A stretch of DNA of 55,993 nucleotides, filler included, from Dugesia japonica (lineage: Eukaryota), in the NCBI GenBank assembly GCA_001938525.1. It is 4 parts of 4 records of this genome, joined end to end, with 100 filler letters (N's around TTAATTAATTAA, not from the genome) between each part and the next. Parts side by side here need not be neighbours in the genome. Positions count along the whole stretch, not along the records: positions 24,768 to 40,054 come from MQRL01596888.1; positions 40,155 to 55,993 come from MQRL01648449.1; 2 more parts are not named here. One strand, given 5' to 3'. The notes beneath the pieces are model-generated. The model had not been told where the DNA came from. It worked only from the letters and a program-made list of their open reading frames with translations, and searched no databases. The translations under genes were made by a program, and so were the position numbers. Shown in pieces: positions 36,501 through 48,850 of the stretch; position 1 is the first letter of the stretch; each line of letters opens with the position of its first letter.

Positions 36501-38173
36501 AAGCCGGATTTAAAAAGATATTTTAAAAATTACACCGTGGATCATGAAACCAAAATGTCGGACAAACCTGATCAAAATAATCGTATTCCAGTCTTTAAAT
36601 TCTAATATTTATGAAAACCTGCTTCATAATAATCCATATTACATTATTAAATCAAATTAAATAGCCTACTAAGTTTGTAATTAGTATATTTTTTTAAATA
36701 TTAATTTAATCAATAAATGATATTTTTAGTAATAATTTATGAACGAAATATTTCAAATGCCAATCCATATTAAATTATATTGCTAAATAAATATTTTATT
36801 AAATTAAATTAAATTGTCTACTGATAACTTGTAAACAGTATATTTATTGTAATATTAATTTACATGCAAAATAGTAAAAACATTATTAAATGTTATAATA
36901 TCAACAAATAATATAAAACAACTCCTGATTATTCTAAATTGAAGCAGAATAAACGAAACCCGTGAAAATCAATGCTATTAAATTTAATGAAATCATNNNN
37001 NNNNNNNNNNNNNNNNNNNNNNNNNNNNNNNNNNNNNNNNNNNNNNNNNNNNNNNNNNNNNNNNNNNNNNNNNNNNNNNNNNNNNNNNACGGGTAATTTT
37101 TTCGATAATGAAATTTTCGTATTGTCCTCCTTTGACAGACTCGCATTGAAAAACCGTTTTAAAATTGTTTTATTATCTGCAATTTGTATTTTCGACGGAA
37201 TATCGTTGATTTCCTGAACAGATTTTTCCAATCCATCACAGTTATTATTATCATTTATATTATTCCCAGTTGTCAATTTCTCATATTTTTCCAATGATTT
37301 ACCCAACCTCTTCAATACAGATGATTTTCGCTCGACTTCTCGATTAGCTGTTTCACTGAGAATCACTATTCGATTTGATTGGGTCATACTTCTATCCAAA
37401 TCTGTCCGAAAATGTGAAATAAAGCACAGATTGTGAGACCAGAATAATTTTACTTGGGATTGGATTTGTTGTAGGAAATATTGATTTAGTCGGTTTAATA
37501 ATTTTATAACGACCTTCAATTTCTGGATTTACTACTCGTCTGGTGGCCACTGGAACCTCACAACCAGGAATTCTTTCATACGTTGTTGTCGACACTGTAA
37601 ATAGATTAATAGGCTATAAATACTTTATTGTATTTGCTGAATTATTACGTTTGATATTGTTTACGTTTTCAATTTTACAAGTTTCCGAAGTAGTTCGCGC
37701 TTCCACAAATCGTTCTGAAACATTTATTTAAGAATTACAAAAATTATTAATTAAGTTAACAATTTTCAATGAGAACTTTTACAAAATCTTATAATAATAA
37801 TGAAAATAATTTATCACCAAAACAATAAATATAAATAACTAAATTTTACCTGATTTCTCTTGAATCGACTTAGAAACAATTTCTGTCTAAGTTATTGAAT
37901 TAAATACAAATAAAAATTCATCAATACTTGAGGAAAATCTTTAATATATTTTAAAATTCGAATAATATCTCCAATTGCTTCAATACCCATTGATTTCAAA
38001 TAATTATCATTAATATGAACTAAAATAGGTTTTGATATCTTATTTTTCACAAATATAGATGCATAATCTTTAGAAGCTGGACCACTAATACCAGCATTAT
38101 TAAAAAAGCATTCCCAATAAACGTCTAGGAATTATTATTTTCTTGATTCTAAAAGAAACTATTTACCTTCCAT
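30553..38173 (-). CDS. C19orf47: C19orf47-like protein (N-terminal SAM-like domain), spliced host gene
   Basis: Manual splice: ME/DVYWECFFNNAGISGPASKDYASIFVKNKISKPILVHINDNYLKSMGIEAIGDIIRILKY (GT-AG introns 38125-38166 and 37887-37927); RRVVNPEIEGRYKI; SSVLKRLG. Distal exons 30967-30795 (GNVFLRLG, acidic run, LPYMGVFK), 30742 onward, and final SIKDRLGRR* at 30553. Middle exon boundaries are uncertain because of a gap. Confidence 0.75.
31734..32173. mobile_element. hAT-family MITE
   Basis: TIRs caggaatgtccaacct / aggttgaacatccctg, 8-bp TSD atttacac / gtttacac, subterminal tgcggccc motifs. Confidence 0.85.
34755..36862 (+). repeat. Dispersed intronic AT-rich repeat, 3-4 partial copies
   Basis: gtctactgataa(t/c)ttgtaaa(t/c)agtatatttattgtaatattaatttac at ~35639, ~35957 and ~36816. 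The adjoining aataatttacga..gaaatgtttcaa motif also recurs at ~34760. Confidence 0.75.
35410..35557. repeat. Foldback inverted repeat
   Basis: atttaaaatagaagcttcgatcaaaattttttttttgaga ... tctcaaaaaaaaattttgatcgaagcttttattttaaat. Confidence 0.8.
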
Positions 38174-40098
38174 AAATTAAATTTATTAAATTAATTTAAA
38201 ATTAGTTGTTTATTAATAAAGTTTTATAATTAAACAAGTAAATATTATTTAAACAAATAATTGAAGTGATTATGTGACGTAAAAATAATTTTTGAATGAA
38301 CAGTAATAACTAACTGTTCTTTTCATTATCAGAGCAATATGCAGTTAAATTATTTTATTTATATCTATTAAAAAAATCGTTGAGACGATTTAGAAAATTT
38401 GTCTAAGCAGATGTAATTTAGAGCTATTTGTTAATTTATAAATCACCGAAAATTGAAAAGTAATAGAAACACGTTTAGTATGAAATTTATTTCTTAAATT
38501 GCACTAATATTTAAATTTATATATATTTTTAATATTTTTTAATATATTTTTTAATATATATTTTTTAAAAATATTTTAATAATGTTAAAATCATAGGATT
38601 TTAGAAAGAAAAAGAGAATATTGAATTTAGGAAACTTTTCATCATTTAAAACTGCAAAGGTCTTAGCACTATTCAGTATCGGAAATGAGTGTAACCATTA
38701 GTTTCAGAATACAAATGAGGAAGGCAAAAAAGTTTAATTTAGAAAGAAAAATTTTAACAAACATACGTGCAATCAGGATAATTTGAACCAATGTGGTATA
38801 AAAACATAAAAGTATTATTGAAAAATTATTTCTAATGGAGTAAAAACACCAAAAGTTCCTTTAAAAGGACTAAAATAAAAAAGTGAGCTCATCAAAAAAG
38901 CACAATTAAATGGTCATTTGCAAAGCTATAAAAAAATATGATGATACAAAATACAGTTTAAATAAACTTGAGCAATGGTATATCTGTTAAGCTGGAACAC
39001 CAAATTTCGAGTGCTAGAATTCCCAAATTTTTCGAAATAACTGAGTGACTCCGAAGAGTGTGAGTCGGTGTGCAAGAAACTGACTTTCTAGAAAAGAAGG
39101 TGAAGAGAGGCACACACTGAACTATTAAAAGGTGACCTTCAACCATAAGCCGCCATTTGAAAATGTACTATTTTAGTTGCCTGGATATTGGACCGCGCCG
39201 TTTCCTCTTTCGATTGGAACAATAAAACCAAGCTGCACGAGAAAGATTCAACACTTTTTCATCAATAAATTTGTTTATTTAAACGATTTGTTAAAAATTG
39301 AGTTACTTCAAAAAATTATTTTATCAGCGATCTATTGTGAAGCTATTTTATCTGCTATCCAAATTTTAATAAAAGAAACAATCTCAATTATTAATTCCTA
39401 TACAAAAAATCATTGTGTTCACATTAATCCAGAATGAACGTACAACAAAAGTTAATTTAAATTTATTTAAAAATATTATAATTTACAGTCATAAACTTTC
39501 AAGTTCTGAGTGCCCCAATGACGATCGTGTAATCGGAAAATGTCCATAACTGAGAAGAAAATGACATTCGAAATCACAGCGTGCTAAGCCTGAACATCCT
39601 TCCAACAAATGAGCTAGTCAAAAATATTATAACCAAAACTGAAAAGCAAAATGAAAATAAAAATATGTTAGGGTTTTATCTAGGTGAGTTGAAAAGTCTT
39701 AAGTAACTGACCTAATAAAACCCCTTGAAGAATTCAATCTGCGACCCCAAAAATCCAGATCTTTGGAATGGAGTCGTTGACTTGAAACCCGAGTACAGAC
39801 TCGCATTCCTTTAGTTTCGGTTCTTATTTCATAATACTCGCTTGATTTTTAAACTACTTAATCTCTATTGGTCAATGTTGTCAGTTTAACAAAAGAATTT
39901 AACTAAAATAAAATCATATTAAATAAAAGAAATCTGGCTATAGAAAGATATATTATGATTAATTTCATACATTACACATAAAATTAAAATTACATCATAA
40001 AACTAAACACTAACGTGGTCTGGAATCTCGATCTGAAGCAAGCACATAGGGATCNNNNNNNNNNNNNNNNNNNNNNNNNNNNNNNNNNNNNNNNNNNN

Positions 40099-40110
40099 TT
40101 AATTAATTAA
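40099..40110. other. Artificial scaffolding linker TTAATTAATTAA
   Basis: Same 12-mer inside an N run. Confidence 0.95.
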
Positions 40111-42571
40111 NNNNNNNNNNNNNNNNNNNNNNNNNNNNNNNNNNNNNNNNNNNNATATAATTGGGTAGTTAATATTTCATCAGGTTTCTTTTGAACTAAA
40201 GTGTCCAGAAAAGGAATCTGAAAAAAAACCAAAATTTTGTTCAAAGCTTTTATATTAAATGAATACATAGAAGTTGGTGAAATATTTTATAAAATTCATA
40301 GAAGTCCTCAAAATTTTTCAAAAATTGCAGTTTCCAAAGGTTTTAAACAATTACATAGAAGTCTGTGAAATTTTACAAAGTAATGGTATATTTGAGTATT
40401 TATGTGTTCACTTTTAATTAATAATACACGCACAACATGAAAACAACATCAATACATTTTTAAAATTTTCATATTCATTTTTTATTTATGTATAAAATTT
40501 AAATGGCGAAAATCTTTTTACCTATTCATCAAATTGTTTTAAAAACATGAAACTTACATTTGTCATCTCATTACGAGTCTATAGTTATCAAGTTTCATAC
40601 ATTTTCATTGAAAATGGTAACATTTATTTTCAAAATATTTTTAAAAAGTCCTTTGTTGTTGCTTGTGATTTTCTCGAAAATTATGCATTTTTCCATATTA
40701 ATACTTTAGACAATGTATAGGTAGTTTTTAATTGTCTACCCACAAGTATCAAATTCAAGTTTAAATGATAAAGGTTCGAGTATGTGCTCACTTTTTAAAC
40801 TTAAAAATTTTAAATCTTNNNNNNNNNNNNNNNNNNNNNNNNNNNNNNNNNNNNNNNNNNNNNNNNNNNNNNNNNNNNNNNNNNNNNNNNNNNNNNNNNN
40901 NNNNNNNNNNNNNNNNNNNNNNNNNNNNNNNNNNNNNNNNNNNNNNNNNNNNNNNNNNNNNNNNNNNNNNNNNNNNNNNNNNNNNNNNNNNNNNNNNNNN
41001 NNNNNNNNNNNNNNNNNNNNNNNNNNNNNNNNNNNNNNNNNNNNNNNNNNNNNNNNNNNNNNNNNTTTTTTTTATCCATATAGCTCTTAGGAATAAATTT
41101 GTATTTAAAAATTTATAAGTGAAATATTTTCTACTTTTACTTCTCTATCAAATTGTATGAAAACATTGATATGTACAATGGGAATATTTTGATTGAGAAT
41201 GATTTAAATTTTTTAATATTTTAAATCTTTAATAACTTTTACACTTAAAATTTAAAAAAAATTGAAATCACTCCATTGTGTTCATTACCCTATTGCTTAT
41301 CCAAGAATATCAAGTTTGATCAGAAAATATGATTTTTAAATGGACTGTGACCTCTAAAAGCGATATGTATCTTTAACTACCATTTTGAATGGGAAGCAAT
41401 CAACTTCATAAATTTTGAACGGATGTTTTATTATTTTACTTTACTTTAATTTTCTATCTAAATGTGAAAAAATATTTATAAAACATTTCATCAGCGATGG
41501 GGGAATATGGTGCATAAGGAAACACATTTTCGATGAAACAATGTATAGGTAACTTTCTATGCTAATTTCAATGGTTCTGATATGTTTTTGTATAAATTAT
41601 TATTTCATTATNNNNNNNNNNNNNNNNNNNNNNNNNNNNNNNNNNNNNNNNNNNNNNNNNNATATATATATCATTATATTGGTTCAGTGAGCCACACCCT
41701 TATCTCGAGAACAATGTATTTATGACCAAGGTACTTTCAGTAATGAATAGGTAGTACTTTATTTCCTACCAAATGATACCAAGTTTAGCTTGATCCGATC
41801 AAAACTATTGACAGGGCAACTTTTCATTCTTTGATCCTTAATAACTCTTCACCGTCACACTTGATTGATTCAAGCATTCCCCCATGAGAACCTTTGCGTC
41901 ATTACCCATCCAACGATACCATGGCAAAATCTGCACGCTGAAGAAGTGCGCAGAAAAATCAATACGAAAATTTGAATTGCCACTCATGTTATCCTACATA
42001 TAGAAATTTCAATGCCAGGTCAAAAGTCAAACATCCGAAATTCATAAACAGGTCCAAAGTCTTAAACACTTTGCCGGTGGGGAGGGCTGTTTATGTGCGC
42101 TAGGATCTCTCTACTCATATTTGCATCAATATTGCAAAACAAGAATATTAAATAACAAGAATACAACATATACGTAATTCTAAAACAGCCAATAATTTTC
42201 GAAACACAGAATATCACTCCAATCTCAATGTCAATAATGTAAGCAACCATTACTATCCGAACAGCCATTTCAAGATTAAATAATTAGTTTGATTAAATAA
42301 TAATTTTCCGAAGTTTTGTACAAATATTGGATATTATTGTCATCGAACAATTATTTTATTATGAAGAATAAAGAAACTTTATTTGTCCCTTTATTCAGTT
42401 TTCTAATATTCAAGTGAATATTTTAACATTTATTATTTTTTTCAGAAATTATTAATTATTGATTGATTCGAAATTCGTTTTTATGCATTGACATTAATAT
42501 ATTTATCAGGTATTTTTAGAAATGCGTAAATTTTTAATATTGTTAAAATTTAAAGGAAAAGGTTTTTATTA

Positions 42572-43446
42572 TTAGGTTGATGTAAAATAAATGCAGGTTT
42601 TTAATAATGAGAAATTGAAGCAGTTAATCGAAGCTGATTCTCTCAAAACCACACGAGAAGTTGCTAATTTGAAGCAAATTCGAAAGACAAAAAATCTTGA
42701 TAAGTGGGTGTTGCACGAACTGACCGAACAGCAAAAAAATCGTCGTTTGAAAGTTGCATCTTCACTCGTATTGCGTAACAAAAACGATCATTTTCTGGAA
42801 CGAATTATAACGTGCAGTGAAAAGTGGATCCTCTATGACAACCGGCGACGTTCAGCACAGTAGTTGGATCGCGATCAACAGCAACACTTTCCGAAGCCAG
42901 CATTGCTCTAAAAGAAGGTTATGGTGATTGTTTGATGGTCTACTGCCGGTATTATTTATCATAGCTTCCTGAATCTGGGCGAAACGATTACAGTAGAAAA
43001 GTACTGTCAACAAATTGACGAAATGTACTAGAAGCTTCAACATGTGTCCAGCATTGGTCAACAGAAAAGGACCAATTCTTTTCCATAACAACGCTCGGCC
43101 CCACGTCGCACAACCGACCCTGAAAGAAGTTGCACGAATTGAACTACGAGACTCTGCCTCACTCGACATATTCGCCCACCGACTATCACTTTTTCAAGAT
43201 TCTGGACAACTTTCTCCAAGAGAAATGCTTCAAAAACGAAGACGATGCCAAATACGCCTTCTCCAACTTCATCTCCACCAGAACTCCGGATTTCTATACT
43301 ATCGATATAAATTAACTTTTTTCGCGTTAGAAAAAATGCTTTGATTCTAGTGGTTTTTATTTCGATTAATAAACTTGTTTATAAGCTGAGTTGTACTAAT
43401 TTATAGTTGAGATTTAGAAACCTGCATTTATATTGCATCAACCTAA
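42572..43446 (+). mobile_element. Mariner (cecropia/Hsmar1-like) element, 5'-internally deleted, with TIRs and TA TSD
   Basis: TA|ttaggttgatgtaaaataaatgcaggttt ... aaacctgcatttatattgcatcaacctaa|TA. Motifs WVLHEL, IITCSEKWILYDNRRRS, ALVNRKGPILFHNNARPHVAQPTL, YSPTDYHFFK. The first two catalytic Asp residues are mutated. Confidence 0.93.
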
Positions 43447-43968
43447 TAAAATCAATGTTAATTAGCATAAATTTATAAACAAAAGTTTTCAAATGTAAAT
43501 ATTTAGTGAAAAGTATTTAATACAAATTTTTATTGGCTTAATTTTTTTGAAATAATTTCATGATTGGATTTATTTTTAAATTATTTTAAATTTTAAAGTT
43601 TTATTATTACAAAATGTATTGTTGATAAATATAATTTGTTTAAGTTTATTATTATTTAAAAATATAAATTTCATAAGGCAATTTTCGGAAGAATTATTTG
43701 TGTTTTAATAAAGTTTTGACTTGACATTCTTATTTTAATTGAATCAAAAGAAGTAAACAAATAAACCTAACAATATTTTTACTATATTACGAGTTAACTT
43801 TATGATTACTTTCAAATATTCCTACAAATATTTAAATAATGCATGAAAATAATTCAAACACTGAAATATCAAATGGCATGGAAAATTTTTAATTTAAGGT
43901 TGTAACAATAAGCTAAATAAAAAATAAATATTATGTTTGATACTTATTTAATAATCATATGTCTATAT

Positions 43969-44270
43969 CAGTGGTGTACCTTTTTTCTAGACGGGCCACA
44001 TCATCAGTTTAAATCAATGTCATGGTCATGCATTCAAAAGTTTTGATACGAAGATTGTGCATCACTGACATTATAGTTTCTATACTACATTATATAACTT
44101 CGAAAATATTTATAGCACTGTTAAATTATCATTTTTCTGCTAGTATTTTGGAGATCGTTGTAAGTTCGTGAAATGTTGGTTGTATAGGATTATTTCTATG
44201 AAAAATAAATTTTGGATTTTTCATGGGTTTGGGTCACATCCGGCTCGGGGGCTGTATGTTGTGCATATAC
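43969..44270. mobile_element. Degenerate hAT-like MITE
   Basis: cagtggtgtac...acgggccaca left end and ccggctcgggggctgtatgttgtgca right end. TSD not confirmed. Confidence 0.5.
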
Positions 44271-45994
44271 ATACATATTTAATTACTAACCATATATCAA
44301 GCATATAACATTAACAATTTAAATACACGAATGAAATGACCCGCATTAATTAGATAATCCTACAAAAGGTACACGAATATTGAAGCTATTATTTAGTTCT
44401 AAAATACTCTGGAAATTTCTATTATTAATAAAAAATTTCGATAAACTGTTCGAAATATTTATTTGAAGCACAATTAAATTTAAAAATCATATATTAATCG
44501 AAACTAATGTAAATTTTTATTTAATAGTTTAAAAATTTAACAAATTCAAAATTATATTACAAAAGGTGTAATTTTCGATCTGGAAAATTAGGCTTTCAGT
44601 CCAGTCCTAGTTTCAATCATTAAATTTCAATATTTAAAACAATATTATTTAAATAATGCCATTAAAATGACCTTCAGAAGACTTCAATAACAAATAATTA
44701 TCTGCAATAATCCAATATTTAATTTCGTACTTTATAACAAAATTCATTTACAATTCCTATTAAAATGCTTGAAAAAACAACAAACAAATTTCTATAAATC
44801 AACTTAAAATATCAATAAATAACATTCGAAACTTTGAAATAAATAAAACATGTACTTTGAAAATACAGTTTTTGAAAATATTAAAATACTTTGAATGTAA
44901 AGTTAACATCTGAACATGGTGAGATCTCAACCTGTAAGCCAATCTGTTGAAATCTCAAGGCAAAAATAAAATGAAAGCAATTAATAATTAAAAGTAATCA
45001 TATCATAAGTTTAACAACTTTAACAATCGATATCCGGTAGAAATTATAAAATCACTTAGTACAAATACACTAAATAAAAATGTGCAAGATACTCGATGTT
45101 ATATGAATAATTAATCAATTGTCATTTGCTTAACGCGGCACTACTAAATACATTGAAAATAGTTTTGTGGTTCGTTTGTCATTAAAACAGCTATTGATTT
45201 GTCAATGATTTTAAATAACTTTAAATATAAATAGAAACGTTAAATATATACAAATGAAATGTATTAAAATAATATAATTTTAAACAACAAAAAACTGGAA
45301 TCCAATCAGATTGGCTACATTTCCCAATCTAGTTTTTTACCCATTTTTAAGTCGAATTCGCATCTGGCCTATTTGAATAAAATTTGTAGCATAAAATTGT
45401 GACTCACTTAAACGAATTCGATTATATTATATATTTACTTATTTATTTCTCACAATCAAAATTAAATTATGGAAAACAATTGACTTCGAAAGACTATCAA
45501 TGTAATAAAATAAATCCGGTATACTCATTTGTAAATAATTTTAAAGAAATTTATTACAATGAAATTTTTATTATATTAAGTTTTTATTTGCTATGTAATT
45601 ATTTTTATTCAACACAAATAAATTTTCAATTATTTTAATGAAATTTCTTTTAAAAAACAATTGATTTTTATTTACAATAGTATTTGTATTGTAAGTTAAT
45701 TAAAAAATCGTGAATTTAATTTTAATTACTTTCAACAAATTTTACGAGCAATATTCAAAAACTAGGTTCATTTAAATATTTCAAATTTCGAAAGAATACT
45801 TTCATGACCGGATATTATTTTGAAATAAACAAATTTGACATTTCAAAGTGATTCTATTGTGTATAAGAGATTTAATAATTGAACATGGTTGGTTTATTTT
45901 TAATAAAATTAAATTTAAAATAATAAAGTTAAAAGTAATCATAAGACCAAAATTTAACATAAGTATTGCACAAATAAAAGTATGAATTAATACA

Positions 45995-46460
45995 ATAGTA
46001 TTTTTTCGAATAGAAGCCGCGGCTTATATCATTAATTTTTTTCAAAAAAATGGGAAATATAAGTGCGGCTTTTATTCGAGNNNNNNNNNNNNNNNNNNNN
46101 NNNNNNNNNNNNNNNNNNNNNNNNNNNNNNNNNNNNNNNNNNNNNNNNNNNNNNNNNNNNNNNNNNNNNNNNNNNNNNNNNNNNNNNNNNTTTAAAACCT
46201 AGTAAATTTATTCGATTTTATGCTCTGCATCCATTTCAAATTCTGTTACATTAGCGGTGCTTTCATCGTCTTCTTCTTCGATGATTGAAGTATTTTCACA
46301 TGGTGATTGATTCCATATACTAATTAGATTACATTCACATTCATATGGATTTAAAGCTCTTATACACCAAATTTTACGATATTATGAACCATCTAACTTA
46401 TTAGTAATTCCACAATTTAGAAATGATTTGATGATAAAATCTTTTTCAGCAATTTATCAC
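45995..46460 (-). pseudogene. pogo/Tigger-like transposon 3' remnant
   Basis: IIKSFLNCGITNKLDGS (pogo C-terminal motif) followed by acidic codons; gcggctta(t) subterminal repeats at ~46015-46080. Confidence 0.6.
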
Positions 46461-46799
46461 GATATAATAAAACTATAGCAAATAAGATCTTCTATAACAT
46501 GACTTCACACTACCTGATTTGATATGTTCAAATATGCTACGTACCATAAAATCAAAATATTATTTTCGAAATTCAGTTTTAAACGACTTATTTCATCCCA
46601 GATATTTACTGAACTGATCGATTTTTCCAAAAATGTATTTTTTCCGTCCATTTGTTTCAAGCATTAGCAAACATACATCTGTGAATATAACTTCAAACAA
46701 ATAAGTAACTTATAATCTTTTTGTCTTCTCTTTAGTTGATGTCNNNNNNNNNNNNNNNTTCTGATAAATTCAACTACTACAAAACTATCTCCCAAATTT

Positions 46800-47690
46800 T
46801 GCTTCAATACTACATTTAATTTTCAACTTTTTTGTCCGTTTTGCTATTGACTTTTAGTACATGCTAGTATCCAAAGGTTTTCTGCATATTTATTTCTCCA
46901 ATCACCATTTCTGCAACTAAGAAAGTAACCTCTTTGCAAACGTCATCAATAAACACTTTAGTTCTAACTTTCCCAGCAATTCAAGTGTACTCCCGTTCAC
47001 ACAATACAATCTTTCATCGCTCATTTCTAATTGTATTTATCATAATTTGATCTTATCATAACGTTAATTCGAGCCCCTGTATCTAAAAGACATTCAACCT
47101 TATTTTCTTGTATTGATCTTCCTTTGGTCTGCCTTGCAATTTATGTTACAGTATATTTGTTTTCTGTTCTATTTCAATTGTTCTAACCAATTCTAATTTT
47201 CTTTCATCCCCAAAATTTTCATTCTTGTAGAACTTTATGTAAATAATTATACTTTTTGTGTAACTTTTACGATATCATATAACTGCTCGACCCCTGAGGA
47301 TAATCAATCACTTCATTTAACAATGGATGCATCCAACCAAATCCTATACTAATGGAGCATATTCGTTTGTGTACTGCATTTCTGAATCACTTTCATATAC
47401 TTCCTCATATCTATCTATGTGTAGACATCTTCATTTGCAATTGAATGTATTTGATTGTATTGGTTTCCTGGCCTACCAGCCGTAACAAATTTCTCGGTTA
47501 TTCTTTTCATTTTCAAATTGCTGCAGCACTCTTCTGCTATATGTCCACCATTTCCACATCGTTTACACCTCACCTCTTCACATAACTTTCTAATACGACC
47601 AACAATCACACCATTTTGTTAGTTTTTTTTATTTGGGCAAACTCGACTTATATGTTCTTTTTTTATGACAAATCCAACAATCTACACTAT
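46800..47690 (-). pseudogene. Ty3/Gypsy gag zinc knuckles plus aspartic protease fragment
   Basis: CWICHKKEHISR, CKRCGNGGHIAEEC, VECLLDTGARINV. Confidence 0.85.
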
Positions 47691-48169
47691 TTTCGTGGTA
47701 TAATTTAATATAGTATGACCAATCTTATAACCAACATTCGAAAAACATGCTTTCTGTAAGTGAAAGAGCCAGTGTGTTGGAAGAATGATATTAATGCGTT
47801 CACATTTATAAGGAGAACCATGTTCACAAAATCTGTGTACAAATTGTGCAATACATTCGACATACGAATACAACCATCTTCCAGCAGCATTTAATTTCCA
47901 TTACGAAAATAACATTTCAAAAGAAAATATCTTTGCTCTATATAGTAGAAGACATTACTAAAATAACATGTTTTAAATTCAAACGGACAGGTAATTTTAC
48001 CGAGTATTAAAACAAAAATAACTAATAATATAAGTTATCTAAATTTAAAATATTAAATTCTAGAAATTATACAAGCAGTTCGGTTTTCAACTGAAAATTC
48101 TGTATACATAGCCACTACATCACTTAGACAGGCCAGTAATTAATTCTTGGTTTTTTGAAGATGTTTGTT

Positions 48170-48850
48170 CGTTTCCTTCTCAACGATGTCCAAGGTTCTC
48201 CATCAGCCATTCTTGTGTTTTGGTTGCTTTGTTAAAAAGAGCTGAATCTTATTGGAACAGACATGACCTTCTTTGGGCCACTTCTTCTAACACAGGATTC
48301 ACATAGATTTCCAGCAACTTGATGTAATCAGTTGCATTCATTATAAGTTCTTGTGGGGAAAAAAAGTACGGAGACATCACATGGAATTTGTTACTGATAA
48401 CACCCAAGACCATTAAAGATGACAGAAATTTGGTGTGCATGACAGCAGGAATCGTTCATTCTATTTATCCATTGATCTTGATCAAAATTGACTTTGTTCA
48501 ACAAACGATTCGACATGATTAAACGGTTTCGCTGTTTTTATCAGACAGAAATTGTCCTCTGTTCATAAAATTGTATCCTACGTCATAATGATCGTTTACT
48601 CCGATACCTACAGTTGTTTGGAAATGTTTCTCATTGATGTGCAAGGATTTTTATTAATAATACCGAGAACTTGTTGAACAAAATTATTATTCCTGACAAG
48701 GTCTGAATGGGATTGTTCCTTCATTTTAGATAAAAAAACACATCTTCACGAGAGGCCAAAAGCTCACCTCTAATTTTCAACATAAAAGATCGGATGACAT
48801 TGAGAAAATTTGCAATTTCAGAATCTACAAGAACATTATGTCTTTTCATA
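48170..48850 (-). pseudogene. Tc1/mariner-superfamily (DD37D/maT-like) transposase relic
   Basis: DSEIANFLNV.RSF (N-terminal); TKFLSSLMVLGVISNKFHVMSPYFF...YIKLLE...LFQ*DSA...KTQEWLMENL. Confidence 0.75.

Noticed and set aside
38800-39250. Possible PIF/Harbinger transposase remnant (VISKNLGILA)
   Set aside because: Only a vague motif resemblance and too degenerate to support without a search.
32646-41118. ORF-track entries made mostly of X
   Set aside because: Artifacts of translating through N gaps.
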